A stretch of 64,000 nucleotides of DNA from the NCBI GenBank assembly GCA_965153285.1, contig OZ229113.1, one strand, 5' to 3'. Every line of letters starts with the position of its first letter. The first letter of the stretch is position 1. This DNA comes from Podarcis tiliguerta (Eukaryota). Positions 40,437 to 53,425 of the stretch are shown here, piece by piece. The notes under the pieces were generated by a model. The model did not search any database. It saw only the letters and a program-made list of their open reading frames with translations, and was not told the DNA's origin. The position numbers were made by a program, and so were the translations under genes.

Positions 40437-41063
40437 TCTTTGGTCTAAGAAGACTCCCGCCCTGGAAGGTCTGCATACAAGCTCTGCACGGGCCTGCATC
40501 CACTCCTGTCTGGCTCCCCCCACTCTCCCTCCTGATTAGCAGATGCAGCTCCACTGTTGGGAAGTCATGTAAGGGCTGTCACCGGACTCCATCATCTGCT
40601 ATTGATCACAAACGCAAGCCAGGATCAAAGCATAAGGACCAAGACAGTGACACCAGTTTTCCAACCTAATTTATCAGTTTCATTGATTCAAGAGCTCTCA
40701 GTCACACAACTCATTCATATATGCTCTGCAGAGTTATAGTTAGCAAAGGTAGTTTCTTAGTCTAATGAGATGGCCAGTCAGGTAGCACTGAGGTATGGAT
40801 GCAGCAGGCTGACGGCAGACTGCTCTTTCTGTGCTGCAGAGGTTTTCATCCCAAACTGTCTCTTGGATAAAACATGAAATAATATTATGGCTTGCTTGAA
40901 TGAATTGGGCAGGGGGAGAAGCTGACGGAACCTGCGTGGCTGCTGAAGGTAGAATCACAATTAAACCATAGTTTAAGACAAACTGTGGCTTATTTCAACA
41001 TGCAAACTAGGCCATAGTATGAGCTTGTTTTTGCAGTTCTAATAATGTCTGCATTGTGAACAG

Positions 41064-41216
41064 GATCTGAGGTCTCAAAGAAGGAAAAAAGCTTTGGAGA
41101 TTTCTCCTCAATGGTATCAGTATAAGAGGCAGGCTGATGATCTAATGAGCTGGCTGGATGACATTGAGAAAAAAATAGCAAGTTTACCAGACCCCCAAGA
41201 TGAACAGAAGCTAAAG
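41064..41216 (+). CDS. DMD: Dystrophin exon 40 equivalent
   Basis: gaacag|GAT...AAG|gtaatg; 153 bp; DLRSQRRKKALEISPQWYQYKRQADDLMSWLDDIEKKIASLPDPQDEQKLK. Confidence 0.96.
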
Positions 41217-41247
41217 GTAATGCCAATTTAGAAGCAGTGTTACATAT

Positions 41248-41271
41248 ATTATTATTATTATTATTATTATT
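41248..41271. repeat. (ATT)n microsatellite just downstream of exon 40
   Basis: Trinucleotide run. Confidence 0.9.
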
Positions 41272-42096
41272 CATATATGTGTCACTGTATGTAAATGTAA
41301 TAAGATGTAGAGATATAGTAGTTCAATACTTAATATTATTATTTAAATGATTTAAGTAATGCTTGTTGACTTGCATATTCCTATCCTTGTGTCCTTGCAA
41401 ATGTTACATTAAATAGATTTTAGAAAATTATAGGAAATAATACTTTACTTATGTATATCAAGTGTACTCTGTTTAGAAACTTCCATTGCTTTACAGAAAA
41501 AAAATAATTGATTCTGTATCTTTATTCCAGATGAGCAAATGACTTATCGGTATATGGATGAACTCTTTTTTCATGTTAGCACATTCATTTTCATCAGAAC
41601 ATAAACATATTTCATTGTCAAAATTCTAAAGATTTACTTATTTGTTGTCAAAGAATTGCCTCGTTTATTTTGCATCGTCTTCTTTTGCTTCATTCTCTGT
41701 TGAGTTCTTTGCTTCTTCTCCGTTGAGAAAAACAATTAAAAACTCTAACCATGCAACTGACAATCACTATGGGTATTTAATATGTGGTTTCTGTACATTA
41801 CAGCTATCTTTCCAATTACCTGTCAGACTGTGCTAGGGAGTATTAGACAGTTAATATATGGGCCCACATTACTATCCAGAATACACATGTCACTTAAATA
41901 TTTAAAATCAATGACCCAATACTCACCTTTGTTTTTTTCTGTCTAATTGTAAACAAAAATAAATAAAAATAAGTGTACTTTTTTGTTTGTAACAATAAAG
42001 TTGGGAAAGATTCTACCGAAGTATTTTGCTAATTCTTAGGAGTTTATTATCTAGTTAGCTAATTGTCCTGGGCCCTGTATTGATTTTGCTCAATAG

Positions 42097-42279
42097 GAAA
42101 TTGATCGAGAATTGGAGAAGAAGAAGGAAGAGCTGAATGCGGTACAGAGACAAGCTGATCGCTTGTCTAAGGATGGGGCTGCAAAAGCAGTGGAACCAAC
42201 CCTGATACAGCTCAGCAAGCGCTGGCGAGATATTGAGAGCAAATTTGCTCAATTTCGAAGACTCAACTATGCACAAATT
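42097..42279 (+). CDS. DMD: Dystrophin exon 41 equivalent
   Basis: caatag|GAA...ATT|gtgagt; 183 bp; EIDRELEKKKEELNAVQRQA...FAQFRRLNYAQI. Confidence 0.97.
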
Positions 42280-45200
42280 GTGAGTTGTTCCTGGCAAACA
42301 TGTATGTTTGCAAATCCTGCTACTAACAGAACCCTACTAACAATGAGAGTCCCCACTTCTATGCCAACTTGCCTAAAACAAAGTCTCTGGTCAGCAAATG
42401 TGGGCCACCTTATTTTACCATACAGTATAAACCTCATGGTACACGATTTGCCTGGATAATGCCCTAAAAAAATTTAAAAACACAAGAAAGCAAGTATAAA
42501 CAGCAGAGATTCCTTAGTATTCAACAAAAGTACATCTTAATTTTTGTTGCCTCATATTTTCCATAACATTACCGGTTTAAACCTGTCAGCGTGCCATACA
42601 TTTATTTTGTTCAATAAACATGCGTGACTCAGAAATATGTATTTTCAACCTACCATCCCATGCAAAAACTAATTAGCTTTTATTTCCTCATGATGTACAA
42701 TCTACACACCTAAGAACAGATTGGAGAATTTTTATTTCTACTTCTTATACATAACATAGTCTTTTTTCAGCTTAATAGGACAATACATAATTTTTCTCAG
42801 TTTTTCACTAAACAATTCAAATGTTCTTTTTAATAACTTCTGGAGGAGGGAGAATGCTTCTTTCACCTATCCAGCAGACCTCTGCCATTGGGAAATATGT
42901 CTTATCTGAAATTGTACTTTCAAATAAAGGATGCAATCAGGTTTGCTGAGTTAAGCTTTTAGGTACTGAAAGAATTGTAGTTCTGGTTTGTATATATGTA
43001 TTACAAGAATAGCATTTCCTATTTAAAAAAAAACCCTGATGAGAGCAACATGTTATGTTCAGTGCATGAGAATTGTATTACATGCACCATTTCACTTAAT
43101 CTGTGGACCAATGTTTCATTTGTAAAACTAGTGAATAGACATTTCCTACCTCACAGGGATGTTGTGAGGACGTATTAATGTATATATGGCACTATGGAAA
43201 TTTCTCATGCTTTTTTGAAATCAGAAGCTAACTTTGGTTACAGAAAATATTTTCATAAAGTTTACATAAGTGATCTCATAAATACAATCATATATTGAAT
43301 ATAGATGCCTTTCATTATCATGGAAATTGCCCCCACTTGCTTAGCAGAGGGTGCTTTTTTACAGTGTATTTAGTGCACAGTAATTACAGCTGCAGTAAAA
43401 TGGGGGGGGGGGGGCTTTAAAAAATCAAAAAACACAGTTGCTGTTAATCTGCTTGGTTATCCCATTTACATCAGTTCAATGTTTGCTATACAGGATTTTG
43501 GAAAGAGACTACACCTTCAATTTTCTGCCCTTAAGTTTGTGGAGTATATTCCTCAGGTTTTCCATTTCTTGGTGAAACTTTTATTCATTAACCTGACTAA
43601 GAAGCCAACAAATCTTCAGTGAAGTAGTTCCTTACTGTTTAGAGATGTATGTATAATGTAGTCAACCATGTACAGAAAGGAATGTGCAGAAAAACTGAAA
43701 AGAAATTCACATTCCAGTATTTGGTGTTCTGCTTAGGAGAATTGTTATTAGAACAAAATGTAGAAATCAAGTGATTCTACAATTGGGGAAACAATTTTGC
43801 TGCAGTCCAGACAAACCAGTGCATATAGGAGGAAGATTTTGTATTGTGCCCAAAGATTCTTCCATTAGGAAAAAATACCTTTGAACCCAATCCTTTCCCT
43901 ATGCCAATTATACAGACTGCCCTAGCTATGCTTGGTGGTGAGATCAAAGTTCCATCTAGTTGCCAGTCTGCTGTTCTAGGGAAGTCTTTTTTTTTTTTTT
44001 AAGGGCAATATGGTGATAGCATTGCCTGTTTGTCCATAGCCTCTGGTATTTAGAAATACACTGCATTATTTTGCAGCATAAATAAAGCTCTTGTTTGCAG
44101 CCATGGTGTTTGGCTTGTCCTCACACACTTTTAAAGATCAAGGGCTCAACCTCAGCACATTCTATTTCACATAATCCATCATTCTGCTGCTCAATCAAGG
44201 AGAGTCCAAAAACAAACAACCTCATAAACTGGAAATGTTTTGTACTAGGATGTGCTTTTAAAAGAGCATACCAACATTCAAATGAATCCCAAACTGGCTT
44301 ACAAACAGTAAATAACAATAATATGATAGAATAGATAATATGACAGAATAACATAATAGAATGTCACAAAAACGGCATAACATATAGAACAATTAACAAA
44401 TCATCAGTAAAACAATTACAATCTATAAAACTTTTAACAAAGCAACTAAAAAATAAGCTAAACATCACAGTTAAAGCAAAAGTCATATATGATTAACAAA
44501 TCAATACAGCATTTATAATTTATATAAAGTTATAACAATTCATAAAAAACAATATTAACAGCATTAACAAAATAGTAAACAAAGCACTGTTAGTTTCTAA
44601 CACACACTCCACACTCCCACAACTCATGATCTCTCTCTATTCAGCTCATTAAAATACACATACACATAGAGCTTCTGAAGATTCCTCAGGCTGGAGGTGG
44701 GGCAGGACAGGTGAAACCAATCACCCCATAATGACAAACAGAGCCTCTCTTCTCACAGTTCTTCCTCTGGAAACCGCTCTCTTATGAAGGCTCTAGGGTG
44801 GCTGGAGGTGGTGCAAGGCAAGTGGCCATTACTTATATTTAGCCATCTAAACATGTTCTAGGGTATTATAAAAGTGAATGTTGAAAAAGACTGCGCATTA
44901 AGGTAAGTCTACAGACTTTGTTTCGTCATGTTCAACTGCAAGTAGTTCATAGCTGAATTAGTTTTAAGTCTTCTCTGGTTTTATCATTCCTTTAAAAATA
45001 GAAGGCTAATACACTATTTTTATAAGAGCACCTCGTGGGAATTGTTCTGCAAACATATCACCATAGTACTTTTGCTTATCTGTTAGAAACCAGAAAGGAT
45101 AATTTAACCAACCTATCCACTTTCAGCACTAGTTCACTAAGATATTATTGCTGGCAAAAGCATGTCAAGGACACATATTTAGCCATTTTTTTGATAGAAA

Positions 45201-46264
45201 AAAATGAAATATGTGCACAGTATTTACATACTTATATAGCAAGCAACCAGATCTTCACACTCTGTTTCTATAGACACAGGTGTGCAGAGAATATAAGGAA
45301 AATGAGCAGTCAGGCAGGAACATTTGAGTAATCAAGTCACCTCTGTTGGAAACAGTGCCATACAATTTATCTCTCCTCTTTCAAATTTGATATGTTATTA
45401 AGCCACAAGAAAGAATTGGATGAAATCTGTTCCCTCCCAGCCGTTCCATTTAGATCTGAATACTTTGCATCACTCTGCCAAATGGAGGGTTTTAATTGTT
45501 TAGTGGTAGGTCTACAGTGTGTTCATACTTGCAAAGTGGTGTTATATGGCAGTGAGGGTTATGATAACACACTGAATTTAAATGTGTAGCTTTTCTACAT
45601 CTGACTGAATATCTAAGCTGTTAAGGCTATGTATCCCCCCACTCCCAAATGCAATATTGTCTATTAATTCAGCACAAGATCACAATGGTTATTTTCCTGC
45701 TCCAATGTTTTAATTTTTTACAATTGAGTATGTTATTTGGGCAAAGTGCCATGCAATTTTCACATTTCCTCTCAATATAATACAGCTTTCAGAATTGCTT
45801 TTAGCAACTGAATACAGTGCAGTTGGCTTAACAAAGATGCACTGGTGAATAGAAAGGATGAACAATTAACAGAAAGGGCTTCCCAGGGAGCTTAAAAAAA
45901 AAAGGATTGTCACTTATTGTTTAGATGTCTATTAAAGTTAGTGACTCTTTCAAAGTTAACAAGAGACTCACATGCCTTGCATAAATTGAATAACAAGACA
46001 AATAAGGTTCCTGTAATTTTTTAGCAACAATGAGCCTCTATAGCCTACCTACCTTGTTATATTATCTCCTTGAGTGCAGTATTGCAGCTGTAGTGGTGAG
46101 CACTATACCGTATTTATAGAAGGGTGTTTGGTTTCTTCATCGCCTTTTAGTTTCACTGATGGCAACAGAGTTACACAATATCTTTTCCCCACTCTTCTGT
46201 TGGTGAAAGTGTGATTTCATTGCATTTCATAAAGGGCTTTTAATGTAATACAATGAAAGCACTT

Positions 46265-46870
46265 ATGTTGGCTGCCAGTTAGCTACCAGGCTAAATGCAA
46301 GGTTCTGGTTCTGGTGTATAAAGCTATATACAGCTTGGGATGAAGATATCTCAAAGATCGCCTCACCCCTTATTTTTATCCAGTCAATCACAGTGCTCTG
46401 AGGTGAGAGCTTCTGACAGATACCATCTTATCAGGAGGTCTGTTCTCCAGCTCAGCTGGCTAGAGCGTGGTGCTGATAATGCCAAGGTTGCAGGTTCAGT
46501 CCCCATGTGGGATAGCTGTATAGTCCTGGACTAGATGATCCTCATTCTTCCAGATCTGCAATTCTATGATTCTGCGCGTTATAGGAATCAGGCCTTTAGT
46601 GTTGTGGCACCAGCCCTTTGGAATGTCTTCCCCTTAAATATCAGACAGGAGCCATCTCAGTTGCCTTTTTTGTGCCTTCATGAGATATTCTTCTTTCAAG
46701 AGATATTCTTCTTTTAAAGGCTTAACAAGCCTTTTATGTTGAGATCTTTCCCAGTGTGCATCTGTGTTGGAATTGCTTTTAAGATGTTTTCATTGTTTTA
46801 TCACTTGTTGCTTGTCACCCTGGACTTCTTTGGAAGGAAAGTCAGGATATAGATTTAATAAATTAATAAA
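46265..46870 (+). mobile_element. Decayed L2-type LINE 3' end interrupted by a SINE
   Basis: Downstream part translates AFSVVAPALWNVFPLNIRQ; ends in an AATAAA-rich tail; boundaries approximate. Confidence 0.65.
46449..46573 (+). mobile_element. tRNA-Ile-derived SINE with a CR1-type 3' tail
   Basis: AGCTCAGCTGGCTAGAGCGTGGTGCTGATAATGCCAAGGTTGCAGGTTCAGTCCCC resembles tRNA-Ile; tail GGACTAGATGATC...ATTCTATGATTCT is a CR1 3' end. Confidence 0.8.
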
Positions 46871-48327
46871 GGTTCTTTTGTACACTTACTGGGCACTGTA
46901 GATGGGCCTATTTCAAGTGCATGCCATTTTCACCTCTTTTCTCACTTAAAAGTCTACCCCATCCCATCCACATTAATCTGTTAAAGATAAATAATCTATA
47001 CAAACTATCACATTCAGATATTCATTCAAAAGAATGTTTTCCCCTCAAACTGCACATTTCTCAGTGTACTTTCAATACATTTTTTAAACCAATAATTACA
47101 CTGGAATATTTTGGAAATATGGTGGATGAGCAACTACGATGTGTGAAATATGGGGGATAAGTGAATTTCAATCTGAACATTAGTTCTGGAGGTACAGATC
47201 AGATCAATTCACAGTGTAATTCTCTGAGATCAAATTCTTCAAGTATTCTTACTGGAAATGGCTTCCTTTTATCAAAAAGAGTAATAGGATTTGAAGGGCA
47301 TTCCACATAAGATCCATCACACAGTGATTTATAATTAGCTGAAGCCATTTAAAGCAGTTTCAGTGTTATAAGTTAAGAATGACTACTCTGAATATTTGCT
47401 ATGCTACTGCTTCTACTAATACTAAATTAAAATAACATAGCTAATCATTAGAAATGAGTATTTTCATTTGTTTCTTATAGTAAAAAATAATAACACAATG
47501 ATAGAATACCTTTAACAGCTGCATATGCATTTGCGAATGCTAGCAATAATTGTTACTTGTTTCTAAGAGAAATAGTGTAAGTCTAAGTGAAAATAATTTT
47601 ATTGCATACGACCTAAATGTGGTTCAAATATCTGCTTCACAGAAAGCTATATTCACTTACCTATCAAACCTGCCTCATATAGGATATTAAAATATGGCAT
47701 GACTATCAGGATCTGCTGTGTGGTGGGCTAGAACTGCAGTCCAAATGGCCATGGAATACACCCTGTGGAGAGGAATTCTGCATTTCAATCAGCTACTGAA
47801 GGTCACAAGCAGGCTTGCCTGGAGTAAACTTGTAATTTATATATCAACTTAGCTAGCAGTTGGGACATGTCAGGAAGTGGGGGAATATCATGGGTTTTGT
47901 TTTTTGTTTACTCTAATTGCAAATATTGTGCTACGGAGCACAAGAAACTAAAATGAAAATTGATTTTTATCATAGAATATTTCATGGAAAGCTTGACGTT
48001 TACATCTTCCTATTCTATATATTGGGTGGAACAGACCAGTATTTAAATACCATTAAATATGGTGCTTTCTCCACCTCCAAATATTCTTTTACTTTTTTTA
48101 AAAAACAAGATTTAGATGGGGGGGGAGGAGGGAATAAACTCTGAAAAATCTCCTCTGCAAAATTGATGTTTAAACAGATGCTTAGGCTTCATTAAAAGTA
48201 AATGGAGATAAGCAAAATAACATGTTGCTGCAAAAAGGCAGATTTTAAAAAGTAAGAGAGAGAGAGAGAGAGATGGAGAGAGTTGACTATGGAGGAAGGG
48301 CAGAGTTCTTACTGTGGAACACTAATA

Positions 48328-48553
48328 CAGTAGTACCTCAGGTTAAGTACTTAATTCGTTCCGGAGGTCCATTCTTAACCTGAAACTGTTCTTAACCTGA
48401 AGCACCACTTGAGCTAATGGGGCCTCCTGCTGCTGCCGCGCCGCCGGAGCACGATTTCTGTTCTCATCCTGAATCAAAGTTCTTAACCTGAAGCACTATT
48501 TCTGGGTTAGCGGAGTCTGTAACCTGAAGCGTATGTAACCAGAGGTACCACTG
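48328..48553. mobile_element. Tc1/mariner (Tigger-like) MITE
   Basis: TA|CAGTAGTACCTCAGGTTA...TAACCAGAGGTACCACTG|TA; internal TTCTTAACCTGAA repeats. Confidence 0.88.
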
Positions 48554-50646
48554 TAGTCTTTATGAATCCTTGACATGCACCTTTCTAGGATGATGCAGAT
48601 ACATTTCAATGTTCTGATGCTAAAAACTGCATTACAAGTATCAGACAAAACTGCTTTGCAAATATTGGCTACAGCCTGTGGTTAGTGTGAAGGCAGCTTA
48701 AACACAAGTCCTTTTTTGGGCAACATGGTATGGCCTAGCCAGGAAAAGAACAAAGGAGCAAAGCAGTTACAATTTCCTCTTCAGGAGGTTGAATTCCCAT
48801 GCAGTCGTAAGCCATAGTTTGGCTTATAAGGTCATGCAAACCAGGTCACTGTGTTGTTTTTATTTCATAATTGTATAATGTTGTGTGTTACTGTTTGAAA
48901 GCAATATCTTGCTAATTTACATGTAATGCCTGGAAAGTCCTCCTCTTGTACAATCTAATACAGTGTGAGTACTGAGGAAATAAAATGAATGCAAGGATAA
49001 AACTGGTTTTCTAAATAAAATATGTTTTTCTATTTAATTGGAAATCAACTAATGTATCATATACAGGGCAACTTCTAGATTTACCGGTATGTTCATATAG
49101 TTACAAAGCCCTCATTTGAGCGGGGGGGGGGGGTGTCAATTTTGAAGGCAGATCCAGAAAGACCTATATATACCTCAAATCACCTTTATGTTTTTCATAA
49201 AAGTAATGCAAAATTTATATACATCCAATATGGAGCAAACCTTAGCTGTTCTGGAGACTGAGAATTTGTCTTCATTCAAGTGGGACAATCTCATAGTTCA
49301 CTCTGGCATAGCAAGCAGTGCATGAAAAAGGCATTTATATCAAGCCTAAGTAAATATTGTAAATTCCCTGGAGAAGAATTTCTCTTTTGGTGTTAAGAAA
49401 TCCAATATTTATTTAGTTTTTCATGTGTTCCATACTACCTGGAATTAACACTTATTGTTTTAAGAATTTCAGTTACTATAGTTCTGGATGTATAGTTGAC
49501 ATGTTTTGGAGGCTTAAGAAAATATTCCTAAATTTGTGAAACTCTTCCTCAGATGTTGTCTGGCTCTCTTACACTTTTGAGACCAACTCTTATTTTGCTT
49601 CTCACAATACTGAGATGAAAGTAAACTATTGCTTCTCCACAACCATCTTTGCATTTTCAGAATGAAGTTTGACCTTCCTTAATCTTTCCATAGGCTTCTC
49701 AATATTACTTTGAGAGAATAAATCAGTTTTAAAAGGCAAACTGAATAACAGCATCTGTGAAACAAGTATAAAAATTCTGCAGCTCGGGGCATCCCAAAAG
49801 TTAACAGGATTGTATCAATTGCTGCCATTCTGCTTGTACAACAGAATTCCACTTGTACAATGGAAACACCAGCCCTTATCCCCTTCAGTCTCCTGCACAC
49901 CCTGAAAATATGCTCCAGAACATTGGAGGATGATTGAAAAGAGAGGAAAGTTCTGTTGTGTGAGTTGAATACTGCTCATACAGCATTGGATACAATCACA
50001 TATACATAATAATACTATGCTATAGCGTCCTGCATTTTCTCAGAGCCAGTTCCTTTGTTACACATACATGGAAAAGAGAAGCACTTCTGTAGGTAGCTGG
50101 GCATGTAGATACCCCCTCTCATGAGACCTGTGAGCTCTGATTGCTACCTGGTGCTCATAGATCTCACAGGTAAGACTGTTCAGTCGTACTTTATATAATA
50201 CAGTCTAAAAGTGGGAAGTAACCCAAGTAATTTGTGCTTCTTCTTTCTTCAGTTATATGCCATTTTTGAGCTGGCGGTATGTAGTTTTTGATACAGGGAA
50301 AACAAGGAGATATAGACAGAACTGTGTCTCACAAGATATGTTGATGTAAGCCTGCAGTTAGTAATGTACAACACAGCAGTGGTTAAAAAACAGAGTGCTA
50401 TTAGTGTTAAATGAGGGCAGTCAAAAAGATTATGCATATTCAAAATTATGATGAGAGAATACAGTATGCTTTGTACAATTTTTAAACAATAAATATTAAC
50501 TGATATTTTCACTTTTCGAAGTGGATCGGTTATAGTACTTTCAGATGTACCAATAGATTTATCAACATTCTGAAAATATTTCCATCTGGATGTAAAAAGC
50601 AAAAGTAGTTGTGTTGGTGCATAAGAAAAATCCCCACCATCCATAC

Positions 50647-50738
50647 TTGGGCAATACCTTTATTAGGACTAACCAAAATGTCCTTAAATCAGGGCAAGCT
50701 TGACATTTTTGGTTGATCCTAATAAAGGTATTGCCCAA
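50647..50738. repeat. Long inverted repeat (hairpin), possibly Penelope-derived
   Basis: TTGGGCAATACCTTTATTAGGA is perfectly complementary (22 bp) to TCCTAATAAAGGTATTGCCCAA; the stem extends to about 36 bp. Confidence 0.85.
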
Positions 50739-51252
50739 CCATGAATTTGGGGCTATATTGATATGTACATAATATTGCTGAGATTTATCTCAGCACTTTG
50801 CAAAGTCTGCTATTTAGGACCTTTCACATTTACTGAGTTCTATAATAAATTCAGAAGAGAGTTTAGTTGATCAGAAAGATGTAATTAAACTTGCACAATG
50901 CACCCCTCTATAGCTTTTATACTGAAAATACCATTCCAATATGTTAGCATCTTAATGCAGACTGTGATAGGCAAAGCTTAAAATACTGGGAATCTGCCTT
51001 GCATAGCACATTCATCCAATTTAAGATGACATGATTTAAGCTAGAACGAGCATATGCTTATTTGGCTATCTGAATCTTCTTGCTTCCATAGAAAGAGTTA
51101 TGTGGGGTCCACCTTGGGATTTTGTAGAATAGTTGCCCTAAGGCTATTGTACTTATTTCAACAACTTAGTCGAGCTTGTTCTCTTAGACAATGGTTTATC
51201 TATTGGGTAGTGGAATGGTGCCAATTTTTGCCCTTTGTTCACCACCATTTTT

Positions 51253-51670
51253 GTATGGAAGTGAGAGCTGGACCATAAAGAAGGCTGATCGCCGAAGAAT
51301 TGATGCTTTTGAATTATGGTGCTGGAGGAGACTATTGAGAGTCCCATGGACTGCAAGAAGATCAAACCTATCCATTTTAAAGGAAATCAACCCTGAGTGC
51401 TCACTGGAAGGGCAGATTGTGAAGCTGAGGCTCCAGTACTTTGGCCACCTCATGAGAAGAGAAGACTCCCTGGAAATGACCCTGATGTTGGGAAAGATTG
51501 AGGGCACAAGAAGAAGGGGACGACAGAGGATGAGATGGTTGGATAGTGTTCTCGAAGCTACCAGCATGAGTTTGACCAAACTGCAGGAGGCAGTGGAAGA
51601 CAGAAGTGCCTGGCGTGCTCTGGTCCATGGGGTCATGAAGAGTCGGACACGAATAAACAACTAAACAACA
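51253..51670 (+). mobile_element. 5'-truncated RTE-BovB LINE
   Basis: Open frame YGSESWTIKKADRRRIDAFELWCWRRLLRVPWTARRSN...WRALVHGVMKSRTR is the BovB ORF C-terminus; (AAC)-rich tail; TSD CACCACCATTTTT / CACCACCCTTTTT. Confidence 0.93.
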
Positions 51671-53230
51671 CACCACCCTTTTTAACATGCATTATTTTCC
51701 CATTGCATCCTTACAGTACCAGCTCAAGACATTTTGTTGCCTGACTCAATTCAAATGTGGTCTTGGCTAAATCCAGTACCTTACTTTACAATTCAGACAA
51801 AAATTTCTGTCTCTAACTCCTGCACTCATTGCACAGCCTAAATTTGACTTCATTGGCAGAACCAGCATCCCTACCCAGTTTCAGTGTTACCAATGATCCA
51901 GTTTATTGAATAATAATAAATTGTATATGCTCCTAAAATCACTTTGAAGTTTCTGATTTACATTCAGGAGATGAAGGACTTCAGAGCAGTGTACAATGGA
52001 GTGGTGTTCTCTGTGTTGTGATGGTGGGATGTGTGTGTGAGTCATGTATATGAGCTGAAAATTGGGAGTGGAGTAGAGCATGCTTACACATCTGCTAACC
52101 CAGTGTTTCCAAAGTCAGTAGGGACACAAGTATCAACCAGTTCTCAAATGGTAAAATGGGGGTGCTAGGATTCACTACTAGAAACTATGCATCTGATGTT
52201 CATGGGGAATGGACTGTTACAGCATTATAACAAGAGGTACATAGGAAAACTGCCATCTAATGCATGATAAGAGACCCAATCCAATTTCTACATCCTGGCA
52301 ATAGTTACTAAAACAGATTATGTTGCCTAACAAATGGCAACAGAACTGGTTGGAACTATGCACTCTCGTGATTCCCCATCACTCCCTACTTTCCTGGTTT
52401 ATATTGTCATCTACTGTACACACCTAAAGGACCAAACAGAAACGGTGTAAGATTATACAGAATAATGGCACAAGCTCATGGCTTAGCTGACCTTACCCTT
52501 GCCAACTGTTGTAGTTTTGTGTGTGTCCCCCACCTTATTATTTCCCTTTCGCTTTTTGCACTTTAACATGATGTTTGTAGCTGGCATTGTATTGTTATCA
52601 AAATCTTAAGAAAAATTATTGAAACATCAACAATGGGGTAAAGAGAGATGTGTGAACTAGTCTTTAATGTGTGGTCAGTGTGTAAAATTCAGTCCGTAGT
52701 TAAAATTTAGCAAAAATTTAAAAGAATCTTAATAGTTCACACAAGTTAATTTTTGAATTCCAGATGAAAATCTTGAAATAAAACTCAGATTTTGGAACTA
52801 GAGCTAATCATTGTGCTGAAAAACTTGGCACATCTACGTAGCACTTTCAGGGGAGCTTTCCATGTTAGGATTTCCCATCTAGCTTGTATGTTCTTTATTT
52901 ATAGATTTATATGACTATGCTGCTAGGAAAAGTCTGCAGAAGCCCCATACGCACCTACTCCTCTCACCTTTTATGGTCTCAGAACCATAGTCACTAATGT
53001 CCCATAGTTAGCCATCATAGTTAGCCAGATTTACATTTTTGGAGAAGTAAGATAAAAATGCCCTACTATATGAAGCATTAAATATCACAATCAAATGAAT
53101 TAGCAGGATATGTTTATTATGGTTGTATAATTTGAGGTGGGGTGCTACATTGTTTATATATTACTATTTTTTAAGTGCAGTGACCATTTTTTGAAACTAA
53201 AGGAAAAATTCTGTTGTATATCTATACCAG

Positions 53231-53425
53231 CAAACAGTTCGTGAGGAGACAACTGTTGTGATGACTGAAGGTATGACTGTGGAAACCTCTTATGTGCCTT
53301 CTGCATACCTGGCAGAAATCCTTCGGCTTCTACAAGCTTTGTCTGATGTGGAAGACCTCCTTAATTCTCCCAGTCTGCAGGGGAGGGACTGTGAGGATCT
53401 TGTCAGACAAGAAGAGTGCCTCATG
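53231..53425 (+). CDS. DMD: Dystrophin exon 42 equivalent
   Basis: taccag|CAA...ATG|gtaaga; 195 bp; QTVREETTVVMTEGMTVETSYVPSAYLAEI...QEECLM. Confidence 0.96.

Noticed and set aside
44230-44600. Strongly A/C-skewed tract
   Set aside because: Most likely a decayed T-rich LINE 3'UTR on the minus strand; no structure I can support
46449-46520. Functional tRNA-Ile gene
   Set aside because: Acceptor stem and T-arm are degenerate and it is fused to a CR1 tail, so it is a SINE
51196-51660. 154-aa minus-strand ORF
   Set aside because: Antisense shadow of the BovB fragment
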